This document shows positions 13,244-22,871 of a stretch of 24,084 bases of DNA, one piece after another (position 1 is the stretch's first letter; each line of letters starts with the position of its first letter). Origin of the DNA: a virus (lineage: Duplodnaviria > Caudoviricetes). Below the pieces are notes generated by a model. The model did no database searches. It worked only from the letters and a program-made list of their open reading frames with translations, and was not told where the DNA came from. Location: IMG/VR virus record IMGVR_UViG_3300027785_000140, positions 1 through 24,084 of that record, one strand, 5' to 3'. Position numbers and translations under genes: made by a program.

Positions 13244-15892
13244 ATGGCAGTAGACTTACAAAATGCAAAAGGTTTTATTGCTAATAAATTTGGCACAACA
13301 GTAGAACAGCTAGATTCTTTATCTGTAATTCCAGGGTTTGACTCACAATTACAAAGAGGAATAAACCTTTTTGCTATAGGAATGAATGAAGGTGGAAACA
13401 GGGTTATTGCTGGTTTAGAAATTATGTCTAACGCAATTACAGGAGCATCAGCCGACCCTGTTGCTTTTGTAAAGTCAGCTATGCGTGATTCTGTTTATAA
13501 CGGAAACATAGATTTACTTAAAAAACAAAGTGTTTATTTACAGCAAAACAACATACCTGTAGAAGATATTAAATCTTTGTATACAAGTTATGCAACGCAA
13601 AAAGCCAATGATGATGCGGCTTATGCCGCTGCACAGCAGGGTGGAGGCGGTTTATTTGGTGATATTGGTAAGTTTTTTGCCAGCATTGACCCCAGCACTG
13701 CCATCAGCCGTGAGCTAACAAATCTTTATCAACCTGTAGAAAAAGCAATCACTGCTGGTGTAGAAGAAGTCAGCAAAGCTCTCAGCACTGATGATGCTAA
13801 GAAAGCTATGGCAATCGCTGCGGCATATTACTTACCTGGTGTTGGTGTTGAGCTTGGCTCAATATTGAAAGCGCAAGGTCTTATTACTGGTGCTGCCATT
13901 CCTTATGCAACCGCTATTGGCACTGCACTTGCCAGCACAGGAGCTAGTGTTGCGCAAGGTGTTCCTTTTGATACTGCATTGACAAACGCAACTGTGAATG
14001 CAGTAACAAGCACTGGTTCACAAAGTGTTGCCGGATACATAAGTAAGTTGGGTGCATCACCAGAAGTGGCAAACGCAGTTACTTCTGTGGGCGCATCAGG
14101 ATTAGCGACTGCTGCAAAAGGTGGAAGCGCAGCAGATATAGAAAGAAACATGACTGGCGCACTTGCCGGGTCAACTATCACAAGCATGACTGGTGACAAG
14201 ATTACTGGCGCTGCTGTTGGTGGACAAATAACTGGTGGTACAACAGGCGCTCTTTTAGGTGCTGCTGGTGCTGCTGGTGCAAGAGATGCAAAAGAAGGTG
14301 CTACTACTACAACCGCACCAACTACACAGGCCACTCTCACCCAAGACCTTACTGACGCACAAGTTAGCCAGATACAGAATGCACTTGGCATATCTGTAAG
14401 TGATGCAACCAACAATGATGTAAAGCTGGCACTAGGCCCATTGCTTGCCCCGCTGGGTGCGGGTGCTGCAATTGTTTCTGACTCCGTTATTCCTTTGATT
14501 GGTATCTTTGGAGCAAAAGCGGTATCTGACACCATTGATTATTTCAAAGCGCAAAACGACTCATCTGGTTTTTATAGGTGGGTAAACGAAAATATGCAAG
14601 CGGCAGATGACCGTGTGCAAAACAAACTATCGCTTAACCCCGCTGGTGCAGGTAGAGGTTTTGTTAATCCTCCTGTAGCCACACCCATCACACCTTCACA
14701 GGCGGCTGTTTCTGGCTCTTATAACGCTGGATTTTCTGGCGCAGGTGGTGGCGCAGGTGCTGGTGTAACTGCTGGAGAAGCAACTGCTGGAGAAGCGGAA
14801 GCCAGAGATTTCTTGGTGGCACAAAAAGTTACCAATCCAGAAATTGATTTTGAAACATTGGCAAGAGAGCCAGCGTTAAACGAGCCGCCCACCGACCAAA
14901 AAATTATTGATTTGATTCAGCCTGGTGTTGCGTCCACACCTGCAACTACTCCTCCTGGTACAACACCTACTGACAGAGACATCCTTAATTTTTCAGGCAT
15001 AACTCAGCCGGGAACATCAACGGTAACGCCATCAACTGCGGTAACTCAACCAACAACTGTTACTCCGCAAACCGCAACTCCAGTAACATTTACACCCGCA
15101 ATTGCAAAAATTGCTACACCCGCAATACCGCAAATTTTTACACCTGCAATACCGCAAATTTTTACTCCAACAGTAGAAACTGATGCCGAAAGAACTGCCA
15201 GAAGGAATGAGTATATAGAACGAACAATTGCAGGGGAGCAGTATTACTACAAAAAGTTAAATGAGGGTAGAGGCCTTGGCAATGTTGTCGTTGGCCCAGC
15301 ACCAGTTGCTACACCTGCCGACCAAGCAGTTATTGATTTAACACAAACAAGAAATGGAAATGTGGTTATTGGCCCTGGGCCAGGACCAGGCCCAGGAGGC
15401 CCGCCGCTCGGCAACGCCACTGGAAATGTTGTTATCGCTGATAGTGGTGACAACGCAGCAGGGAATGTGGTTGTTGGGCCTGGTCCCGGACCAGGAAATG
15501 TTGGCAATGTAACTATCATTACTGGCGGTGAAAGCAACAATGCATCCTCTAACGTGTCTGGAAATGTGGTTGTAGATGAGCCACCTGTTGATGAAGACGA
15601 ACCACCACCTCCTCCACCTCCTCCACCTCCTCCACCTGAAGAAGAGAAGCCACCAGATGAGCCTGAATACAAGCCGGAGATATTTATCTATGGTGGGAAA
15701 GAGCCTCCTAGAAGACCTCGTCCAGAGTTGAGGACTACACTACAGGGGCCGTTTGCCCCGTCAACCACTCTGGGACAGGCATTGACAGGATACCGTGGAG
15801 CGGGTGAAATTGAGGGTAAGAAAACTGGTAAGCCTCGCAAGAATGTGTGGAACGAGGAATCACTGCGTCTTAAAGATGCGTTAGGACTGTAA
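13244..15892 (+). CDS. large low-complexity putative internal virion (ejection) protein
   Basis: 882 aa with A/G-rich hydrophobic helices followed by T/P-rich, GNV and poly-Pro tracts. First of four large genes after the tail module. Confidence 0.65.
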   Translation: MAVDLQNAKGFIANKFGTTVEQLDSLSVIPGFDSQLQRGINLFAIGMNEGGNRVIAGLEIMSNAITGASADPVAFVKSAMRDSVYNGNIDLLKKQSVYLQQNNIPVEDIKSLYTSYATQKANDDAAYAAAQQGGGGLFGDIGKFFASIDPSTAISRELTNLYQPVEKAITAGVEEVSKALSTDDAKKAMAIAAAYYLPGVGVELGSILKAQGLITGAAIPYATAIGTALASTGASVAQGVPFDTALTNATVNAVTSTGSQSVAGYISKLGASPEVANAVTSVGASGLATAAKGGSAADIERNMTGALAGSTITSMTGDKITGAAVGGQITGGTTGALLGAAGAAGARDAKEGATTTTAPTTQATLTQDLTDAQVSQIQNALGISVSDATNNDVKLALGPLLAPLGAGAAIVSDSVIPLIGIFGAKAVSDTIDYFKAQNDSSGFYRWVNENMQAADDRVQNKLSLNPAGAGRGFVNPPVATPITPSQAAVSGSYNAGFSGAGGGAGAGVTAGEATAGEAEARDFLVAQKVTNPEIDFETLAREPALNEPPTDQKIIDLIQPGVASTPATTPPGTTPTDRDILNFSGITQPGTSTVTPSTAVTQPTTVTPQTATPVTFTPAIAKIATPAIPQIFTPAIPQIFTPTVETDAERTARRNEYIERTIAGEQYYYKKLNEGRGLGNVVVGPAPVATPADQAVIDLTQTRNGNVVIGPGPGPGPGGPPLGNATGNVVIADSGDNAAGNVVVGPGPGPGNVGNVTIITGGESNNASSNVSGNVVVDEPPVDEDEPPPPPPPPPPPPEEEKPPDEPEYKPEIFIYGGKEPPRRPRPELRTTLQGPFAPSTTLGQALTGYRGAGEIEGKKTGKPRKNVWNEESLRLKDALGL
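15091..15162 (+). repeat. three tandem 24-bp repeats (TPAIAKIA / TPAIPQIF / TPAIPQIF)
   Basis: TACACCCGCAATTGCAAAAATTGC, TACACCCGCAATACCGCAAATTTT, TACACCTGCAATACCGCAAATTTT. Confidence 0.85.
15602..15637 (+). repeat. 12-codon poly-proline tract, (CCACCTCCT)n
   Basis: Read directly from the sequence. Confidence 0.9.
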
Positions 15893-16873
15893 ATGGCTTC
15901 AGCACTTAGAAAAATGACCAGCGTTGGCGCAGATGTGCGCCAGATTGCCGCACTGTTGCAAGCAAAAGCTCCGCAAGGGCACATGCTGGCCTACATTACC
16001 CCCCAGGAAGCAGCCCTGTTAAAAGCACAAGGCGGCTCTGGGGAGCCTGATATGGAGACTGGAATCCCGTCTTTTCAAGAATATGCTCCAGGTGACTTTG
16101 ATTCTGGCCCTGAAATACCCTACACGCCAGAGCAAGTTGAGGATTTATACCCTGCTGGGTCAGACCCTAACACTTATACAGCTGATTTCGCTCCCCCGCC
16201 CCCAGAAATTTCAGGTTTCCAACCTTACACACCTTTGACTGTTGGCGGTAGAGATTTGCAGCCATCAGAGTTTGCTGGTGCGGCAGACAGAATAACTGCT
16301 GGGCCTAGCCCACAGGCTACCAACATTGGCCCTAGCGGGGTTACTCCATCTGCCATAAAACCTAAAGATGAGGCAGCAGCACCTAGAGCTGCAAGAGACT
16401 CAAACGAGATGTTGGCAAGGCTTGGTCTTGCTGGTGCGTTAGGTCTTATTGGTGCTGGAACATCAAGAAGAGCTGCTGAAGAAGGACAGGCTGGTAGGCG
16501 TGAGATACAAGCTCTTGCCTCACCTTATCAAGCTCAAGGCCAACAGTTGCAAGCGGCTGCACAGCGGGGTGAACTCACTCCCACAGGCCAGCAAGCTATT
16601 GCTGCAGCACGGGCACAGGCGGCACAGGGCGCAGAGCGCAGAGGTGGTGTGGGCGCACAGCAGACAGAAGCGCAGGTACAGGCTTTGCGTCAGCAGTTGT
16701 TGTCACAACAGTTTGACTACGGATTGAAGTTGGCAAACATTGGTGACCAGATGGCTATGGGCGCTATCAGAACTGGTTTGCAAGCTGACCAGTACGTCAA
16801 CCAGTTGAATCAATCCTTCTTTACCAACATGGCATATATTGCTGCTGGTTCAGTACCGTTTAGGAGTCAGTGA
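15893..16873 (+). CDS. putative ejection / DNA-transfer protein
   Basis: 326 aa. HMLAYITPQEAALLKAQGGSG....TGIPSF motif (recalled from phage internal proteins), GLAGALGLIG hydrophobic stretch and Q/A-rich coiled coil. Confidence 0.65.
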   Translation: MASALRKMTSVGADVRQIAALLQAKAPQGHMLAYITPQEAALLKAQGGSGEPDMETGIPSFQEYAPGDFDSGPEIPYTPEQVEDLYPAGSDPNTYTADFAPPPPEISGFQPYTPLTVGGRDLQPSEFAGAADRITAGPSPQATNIGPSGVTPSAIKPKDEAAAPRAARDSNEMLARLGLAGALGLIGAGTSRRAAEEGQAGRREIQALASPYQAQGQQLQAAAQRGELTPTGQQAIAAARAQAAQGAERRGGVGAQQTEAQVQALRQQLLSQQFDYGLKLANIGDQMAMGAIRTGLQADQYVNQLNQSFFTNMAYIAAGSVPFRSQ

Positions 16874-18333
16874 TGGCTTTAGATTCAATCACGCAAATGC
16901 CCAATTTGCCTATTACATCGGCATTCAAGGCATCTCTACCTGCCGCTCCCAACGGACGTATAGGCCCAAAAGAAATTGCACCTGCGGCAGAAGAGCTTAG
17001 TTCTGCTATTTCCACTGCTTCACAAAAGGTTGGAGAAGCAGATGTAAACATAGAAAAAGCTAAGAGAGAAGAACAAGCTATTGGGTTTGAAAAAAGAGCA
17101 GAAGGCAAGCGAAAGTTTGTTGAAGACATTAAGATAATGCCAGAAAGACAAGCGTACAAAGAAGTTGTGAAACAAGAAAGGGGAATGGAGTTTGTTCCTA
17201 CTAGAGACACAGTGCAAGACATTGCTGGCTTGTTTGGATTGCTTGGTGTTGTTGGTATGGTCATTGGAAAAGGCAATGCCATGCAAGCTATGGGCGCTAT
17301 GAATGGCATGATGGAAGGCCATCGCAAAGGCCGTCAAGATTTGTATAAACAAGAGCTGCAACAGTTTGAAAAGAACTTCAAGGCTATGCAAGCAAAGGTG
17401 TCTGCTGCTTTGGCTGATTTACAAGAGGCATTGAAAGTCAAACAATATGACAATGAAGCGGGAGACCTTGAAATACAAGCTGTTCTTGCTAGGTCAGAAT
17501 CACCTTTTTTAAAAGCTGTAAAAGACAAGCAGGGCGATGCCGCTGTTTTAGAACGACTGAAAGAAGTCAACAAGTCAGTGACCGTTGACATGCCTAGAAC
17601 AATTAACGATTTGCAAGAAAAAGCAGATGCAAAAGTCATTGCTGAACGCCGTTTCCGTGAAACTATGGAACAGCGTGACCGTATAGCAAGGGAACAAGCG
17701 GTTTTGCGTGAAAAATTGGCAACGATTGCCGCGAGTGGAAAAGGTCAAGGCACTCTTAAGCCTGGAGCAAAAGTAACAGAGGGTTACATTGCTGACAACA
17801 TTTTAAAGACGGATGTTGAAGGTTTAATTAAAGATTTGAGCAATCCCGCATTGCAACAACAAATTAAAGCCAATCGTATTGAAGCGTTTTTGACTGAGGA
17901 AAGCAAGGTTCTCAATCAAGTATTAGCCAAAGAGATTCCTCCAGAACTTCAACAGTTTCTCACTAAAGTCAGAGATATTCGTAACAACTACTACTTGAAC
18001 ATATCAGGTAAGGCGGTTACGGGTGGTGAGGCTTTGCGTAACTACGGCACTGTTCCACAGCCCGGTGACGATGCTTCTGTCATGGTAAACAAATTGAATG
18101 GTATGTCAGGCCGTATATCTGATTCCATATTACTCAAGCAACAATTGTTTGGGTTGCCAAACTTAACTTTGCGCCCTGGAACAAAACCCAATTTAAAACC
18201 TGGAGAAGACTATGCTGTAGGTAGTCAACCCGGCGCATATGAGCTAAACCAAGTTATAACGCTAGGTCGCAAGAAATACAAAGTCATAGGATTGGATGAC
18301 CCTAGTGACCCTGACCTGGAAGAAATAAGATGA
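16870..18333 (+). CDS. putative ejection protein (coiled-coil, one hydrophobic segment)
   Basis: 487 aa from a GTGA overlap (or ATG 16873). IAGLFGLLGVVGMVIG...AMGAMNGMM segment. Confidence 0.65.
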   Translation: MMALDSITQMPNLPITSAFKASLPAAPNGRIGPKEIAPAAEELSSAISTASQKVGEADVNIEKAKREEQAIGFEKRAEGKRKFVEDIKIMPERQAYKEVVKQERGMEFVPTRDTVQDIAGLFGLLGVVGMVIGKGNAMQAMGAMNGMMEGHRKGRQDLYKQELQQFEKNFKAMQAKVSAALADLQEALKVKQYDNEAGDLEIQAVLARSESPFLKAVKDKQGDAAVLERLKEVNKSVTVDMPRTINDLQEKADAKVIAERRFRETMEQRDRIAREQAVLREKLATIAASGKGQGTLKPGAKVTEGYIADNILKTDVEGLIKDLSNPALQQQIKANRIEAFLTEESKVLNQVLAKEIPPELQQFLTKVRDIRNNYYLNISGKAVTGGEALRNYGTVPQPGDDASVMVNKLNGMSGRISDSILLKQQLFGLPNLTLRPGTKPNLKPGEDYAVGSQPGAYELNQVITLGRKKYKVIGLDDPSDPDLEEIR

Positions 18334-20852
18334 AACTTTCAGAAGTATCCACTGCTGAACCTAAAAAACTAAAGCTCTCTGACATTCAGTCAGAAGCTCC
18401 GGCATCTGACAAAGCTGCTTTTGGCGTTTTCCCCAAGCCGGGAATGGAGCCGGAAACAGACCCGAACAAAAAAACCTTTTTAAGTGAAGCGGGTGATGTT
18501 GTAAAAGCCGGAGGCTATGGTGCGCTTGCTGGCTATTTCACTCCAGAATTAATGACGGCTGGAGGTGCGCTTGCCGCAACTAATCCCGTAACTCTCCCAG
18601 CAGCCCCATATTTGTTTGCTGGTGGTCAATTAGCCCGTGGAGCAAGACTTGCAGGTGCTGTGGGTGGAGGACTAGCTGGCGCTACTGGCAAGACTCTTGG
18701 GAAGGTTGTGCCTGACCCAGAAAAGGTTGAGGTTGACATTCCAGGAATACGGCTTACACGAAAGCAACTCGCTGAGACTGCTGGTGAATTTGCTGGCCCA
18801 GGTGCGCTTAAAGGATTTGAACTTGCGGCTCGTGGCTCTCCCATAGTTGGTAGTGCCATACGTTCACTAGAGCGGTTTGGAAGTATGGGAAGAGCAGAGT
18901 ATGCAGATGCTGCCGCCCGTGAACTTGCTTTGATTGCAAAGCCTGGGTTGCGTGAGCGGTTTGCCGGGTCTGCTGTCCCGGTAACTGAAATCAAAGCCTA
19001 CCGTGACATTTACGATTCTCTTGCCGGGTTAGATTCTGCAAAGCGCAGAGAAGGTGAGATGGCGCTGGAAGGCGCAAAGACCAAAGCACAGAAAGTCATC
19101 TCTTACTACAGTGAGCAAGCTAGGCGTGTGCAGCAGTTTGATGTTGCAGAAGCCCAGCGGTTGCGTGAGAAAGGCAACACTGATGCCCAGCAAGTTATTG
19201 ATGACGCAATCAGTCAGGTAGAGCAGAGGTTTGGCATTGTTCGCAAAGCAGAAGCGGCTGGCAAGAAAGCTGTTGCAAGCGGTCAAGAAGCTCTTGCATC
19301 TGTTGGCAATGCACAACGCTCTCGCTTTGACATTGGCACTGCTTTGCAAAACAAAGTTAAAGCCACTGATGATGTTCAAGTCAAAGCATTAAAAGATGCG
19401 TTTGACGCTGACCAAGCAGCTAGAAATAAAATTGTTGCAGAGAGAGAAGCTGCCGGGATATTTCCAGAAAATACAGAAGCCTATAAAAACACATTGGCAT
19501 TTTTGAACGACAAGCTGGTTAAAGGTAGACAGCCAGCAGAGCGTGTCAAGATTGATGTGACTGAGCAAGGCGTGAAGAATGCTTACGAGCGTGTGCGTGA
19601 AGCCATGCTCAACAAGCGTGTGATGATGGAAGGCACAGAGGCTGAAGTAGCGCAGCAGGTTGCAGCCATACAACAAGCTGGTGGCAAAGTGCAAAGAGGC
19701 ACAAACCCGGCTACTGGTGAGCCAGCCGTATACCGTGTATACAAAACATCGTTTGAGGCACTAGACCCTGTTCGCAGAAAGCTGGGTGAGGCGTTTGATG
19801 GCAAGCCTGTGGAAGGCTTTGAAGGTTTGCTCAAAGACCAGGCTAAAGACTTGTACGGGCGCATTCGTGCTATCCAAGTTGAGTACGCTGGTGGCAAAGA
19901 TGGCCCACAAGACATGCTGCTCAGAAATTACTCTGAAGGCAAAGACATTCTCAATGCCCTGCGTATTCCCGCTGGGCGCAAGGTAATAGGCGCAGACAAG
20001 CTAAATCCCGAGTATCTGACACAAGACCCGTCAGAGATTCCAGCAGCATTTTTCCGCACCAAGAAGGGTGTGCAAGACCTGTTGCAGATTACCAAAGACC
20101 CAGCCCTAGTAGAGGGTGCGGCATCTGATTACCTTGCCCGTAAGTTGTCTGGCAAGAACACAAAAGAAATCACAGACTTTTTGAAAGACAACAAAGAGTG
20201 GATTGACTTGTTTCCAGGTTTGTCTGGGCGTGTCAAGAGTGCCGTGTCTGCATTGGAACGTGGGGAAAGCATTGGCCCCAAGACAGGCAAGCTGGCAGAA
20301 TCATTGCGTACAGAGATTAAAAACTTGCCTATTGCAGCACAGCAGCAAGCGGGTAAGGTGCGTACTGAAGCAGAAAAAGAAGCGGCAGCACGGGCACAAG
20401 CTGGCTTCAAACGTGCGGCAGACATACGTGAAACAGGCAAGAAGATGGCTGCAACTGCAACGCCAGAGCAAGTAAAGATTGAGAGCATTCTTGGCAAGGG
20501 TGACCCCACTGTTGAGATTGAGAAACTCATTTCTAGTGGTGAGACAGTCAAGCTCAGAGATGCCGCCCCCTTCATCAAGGGTAACCCTCAGTTGATGGAT
20601 TCCTTCAACCGGGCGCTGGACATTACCTTGTCCCGCATGAACCCCAAGAATGTTGCGGATGACTTTGAGCGGATTATCAAACCTGCCCTGCTCAACACCG
20701 GGTTGATTTCAACAAAGAAAGCCGCTGAGTTGAGTCAGCGCATTCGCACTGTACAGATGACCCTGGAGCCAAGTGCAGCCGCACAGACGGTTCGTTGGAT
20801 AATCAAAACAGGTATAGCTGGTGAAGCTGGAACACGATTAACTAAGGAGTAA
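18330..20852 (+). CDS. large putative ejection protein
   Basis: 840 aa, Gly-rich hydrophobic N-terminal region followed by a long helical body. The position matches podovirus internal proteins. Confidence 0.65.
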   Translation: MKLSEVSTAEPKKLKLSDIQSEAPASDKAAFGVFPKPGMEPETDPNKKTFLSEAGDVVKAGGYGALAGYFTPELMTAGGALAATNPVTLPAAPYLFAGGQLARGARLAGAVGGGLAGATGKTLGKVVPDPEKVEVDIPGIRLTRKQLAETAGEFAGPGALKGFELAARGSPIVGSAIRSLERFGSMGRAEYADAAARELALIAKPGLRERFAGSAVPVTEIKAYRDIYDSLAGLDSAKRREGEMALEGAKTKAQKVISYYSEQARRVQQFDVAEAQRLREKGNTDAQQVIDDAISQVEQRFGIVRKAEAAGKKAVASGQEALASVGNAQRSRFDIGTALQNKVKATDDVQVKALKDAFDADQAARNKIVAEREAAGIFPENTEAYKNTLAFLNDKLVKGRQPAERVKIDVTEQGVKNAYERVREAMLNKRVMMEGTEAEVAQQVAAIQQAGGKVQRGTNPATGEPAVYRVYKTSFEALDPVRRKLGEAFDGKPVEGFEGLLKDQAKDLYGRIRAIQVEYAGGKDGPQDMLLRNYSEGKDILNALRIPAGRKVIGADKLNPEYLTQDPSEIPAAFFRTKKGVQDLLQITKDPALVEGAASDYLARKLSGKNTKEITDFLKDNKEWIDLFPGLSGRVKSAVSALERGESIGPKTGKLAESLRTEIKNLPIAAQQQAGKVRTEAEKEAAARAQAGFKRAADIRETGKKMAATATPEQVKIESILGKGDPTVEIEKLISSGETVKLRDAAPFIKGNPQLMDSFNRALDITLSRMNPKNVADDFERIIKPALLNTGLISTKKAAELSQRIRTVQMTLEPSAAAQTVRWIIKTGIAGEAGTRLTKE

Positions 20853-20855
20853 ATC

Positions 20856-21044
20856 ATGGAAGACAGAAAAGACAAAATGGGTAAAGCAATAACAAAAAGT
20901 GAAATTGACCGCATGGCTCGCCAAGGTGGTGAGAATGAGGTTCGAGCATCTGAGGACTACAACCGTCAGATGGCAAACAACTATGGTAAATCCATAACTA
21001 AAAACGAAATGAAACGCTCTGCTCCCCGCAAGAACAAGCGATGA
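20856..21044 (+). CDS. 62-aa basic hypothetical protein
   Basis: TAAGGAG SD and ATGA overlap with the next gene. Confidence 0.75.
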   Translation: MEDRKDKMGKAITKSEIDRMARQGGENEVRASEDYNRQMANNYGKSITKNEMKRSAPRKNKR

Positions 21045-21250
21045 GCAAGAAGGCCAAGGGCATCAATCCAGAGTTGGAGAAGGCCTTAAACGAGCTTCTG
21101 AAGCAGGTCATGGCTGACCCTACAGCCACCATCACCGACAAGATGCGGGTGGCTGACCGTGCCCTGAAGCTGGAGGCCTTGAAGCTCAAAGACTCTGATG
21201 CCGAGTGGGGCGCAGGGTTTATGGATGTAGATGATGATGAGGATAAGTGA
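21041..21250 (+). CDS. 69-aa hypothetical protein with acidic tail
   Basis: Coupled ORF on the coding strand. Confidence 0.7.
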   Translation: MSKKAKGINPELEKALNELLKQVMADPTATITDKMRVADRALKLEALKLKDSDAEWGAGFMDVDDDEDK

Positions 21251-21282
21251 TAATATGATTATCCCGACATTAAGGAGTAATC

Positions 21283-21495
21283 ATGGACGGAATCAAAATC
21301 ATCAAAGTTGCACTTGCAATCATCACAGACAGGCTTATAAGCATCTTGGCTTTGCTGACCTCATTTGCCCTGGGGTGTTGGACAATGAGCGAGCCGGAGT
21401 GGACAAGAGTTGCAACACTGGGTATATTTGTAGTATTCAGTTTCCTATTGGTAAACATCAAGGAGAGAAGTAATGGACATGATTCCCAAGGTTAA
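21283..21495 (+). CDS. small two-TM membrane protein
   Basis: TAAGGAG SD. Hydrophobic LISILALLTSFALGCW and VATLGIFVVFSFLLV segments. Confidence 0.7.
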   Translation: MDGIKIIKVALAIITDRLISILALLTSFALGCWTMSEPEWTRVATLGIFVVFSFLLVNIKERSNGHDSQG

Positions 21496-21688
21496 ATCTG
21501 TAAGCAAGATGGCGCACGTTGGCACTGGCATCATTCAAAACAAGCTGTGTGTTCCTGGTGAGTTCACCCCTGGCAAGCTCCCCGCTGGTGGCTTCCAAGC
21601 CGTGTGGAACTTCAAGAACAACCAGCCCAATGACTACTTCACTCGCAAAGAGTCTCCCACTTCTGGCGGTGGCAAGAAGGTGTACTGA
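21473..21688 (+). CDS. 71-aa basic hypothetical protein
   Basis: AAGGAG at 21460-21465 and TGATG coupling to the next gene. Confidence 0.7.
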   Translation: MDMIPKVKSVSKMAHVGTGIIQNKLCVPGEFTPGKLPAGGFQAVWNFKNNQPNDYFTRKESPTSGGGKKVY

Positions 21689-22038
21689 TGGCTAATAACA
21701 TTGCCTTTCAGGTGCAGGGAAAGACAACTCGCATCAACGTCACCACTGCGGCTAACACGGTTGCAATCCTGTCAGACAGCCCTGCCAACCAGTTGCGTAT
21801 CCACAACGGAACTGCTGGTGAGGTGTTTATTAGGATAGGCACAGGAAGCACAGATGATGCAGTCATTCCTGTTGCGGGTACACCTGCGTATGGAACCGTG
21901 TTGCACAACAATCAAACTCTGACGGTTACTTCTCCTAAACAAGCAACCAACAGTGCGTCTACTACCGTGTTTGTATCTGCAATTGTTGCAACTGGAACCG
22001 CAATTGTGTACGTGACTCCTGGCGAGGGTTTGCAATAA
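21688..22038 (+). CDS. small beta-rich virion protein, paralog of 11817-12155
   Basis: 116 aa. QLRI.NG....VFI.IG and C-terminal AIVYVTPGEG. Confidence 0.65.
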   Translation: MANNIAFQVQGKTTRINVTTAANTVAILSDSPANQLRIHNGTAGEVFIRIGTGSTDDAVIPVAGTPAYGTVLHNNQTLTVTSPKQATNSASTTVFVSAIVATGTAIVYVTPGEGLQ

Positions 22039-22047
22039 GGGGTTGCT

Positions 22048-22377
22048 ATGACTGAAAAGTTAGAAGCAAAATCAGCGTTAATTGAAAAGGTGGCATTTGC
22101 TTTACTGCCCATCTTGTTCACCTGCGTGGTTTACCTGATGAATTCCCTTTCAACCCTGTCGCATGAGGTAACCATCCTCAACAACAAAATCAGTCTGGTG
22201 GTGACCAGCGACAACCGACAAGCAGTAAATTCAGGCGCAGAGCTTGCCCGTGAAAAGTTGCGGCAAGACTTGGAAAAAGAAATCCAAAAGAACCGGGATG
22301 ACATTCAGGTCAACAGAATGCACATTGCCATTCTTGAAGACAAACTTAGTGTTGCCCACCGCATAAAAGAAAAGTGA
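22048..22377 (+). CDS. single-TM coiled-coil protein in the lysis module
   Basis: VAFALLPILFTCVVYLM followed by a coiled-coil-like C-terminus. Confidence 0.65.
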   Translation: MTEKLEAKSALIEKVAFALLPILFTCVVYLMNSLSTLSHEVTILNNKISLVVTSDNRQAVNSGAELAREKLRQDLEKEIQKNRDDIQVNRMHIAILEDKLSVAHRIKEK

Positions 22378-22871
22378 TGGAAACCTTACTCAACCTCCTT
22401 AAAAACGCAGCGCCAGGACTGGCAACCATTGTTGCTGGCCCCCTGGGTGGTGCAGCCGTGTCTGCCATCGCAAGCAAGTTGGGTGTGTCTGATACTGTTG
22501 CCGCCGTGACACAAGCCCTGCAAGCTGACCCAGAAGCCGCACAGAAGCTGGCAGAGATAGACCTCAAGCAATTCCAGCTAGAGAATGAAGACCGTGCCAG
22601 TGCCCGTCACATGCAAGAAGTGGCCCTGCAACAAGATAGCTGGTTTGCCAAAAACTTCTTGTACATGTTTACTTCTGTGTGGTCAGTGTTTGCCATGACG
22701 TTCTTTGCAATGGCATCGTTCTTCACTATCCCAGAAGCTAATACCCGCATTGTGGACACCATCATTGGTGTGCTTATCGGCACGGTGTTGACCGGGTTCT
22801 TCAACTTCTTCTTTGGGTCATCCAAGGGTAGCAAGGATAAGACTGACGCACTGGTGAAAGGTGTGAAATGA
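22374..22871 (+). CDS. holin (GTA 3TM holin-like)
   Basis: AP.LAT...GPLGGAA, EDR.SAR.MQ, two C-terminal TM segments and FFFGSS.GS..K. Directly upstream of the endolysin. Confidence 0.75.
   Translation: MMETLLNLLKNAAPGLATIVAGPLGGAAVSAIASKLGVSDTVAAVTQALQADPEAAQKLAEIDLKQFQLENEDRASARHMQEVALQQDSWFAKNFLYMFTSVWSVFAMTFFAMASFFTIPEANTRIVDTIIGVLIGTVLTGFFNFFFGSSKGSKDKTDALVKGVK

Noticed and set aside
15091-15162. CRISPR-like array
   Set aside because: The repeats are contiguous, in frame and have no spacers.
13903-15984. Long minus-strand ORFs (13903-14535, 15247-15672, 15688-15984)
   Set aside because: Antisense shadows of low-complexity A/G/P-rich coding sequence.
21245-21263. Canonical Fur box
   Set aside because: Only about 10/19 matches and the wrong half-site spacing. 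Kept only as a generic palindrome.
21283-22377. Lipoprotein (o-spanin) signals at FALGC and LFTC
   Set aside because: Poor lipobox matches, and each is followed by further hydrophobic sequence consistent with TM helices.
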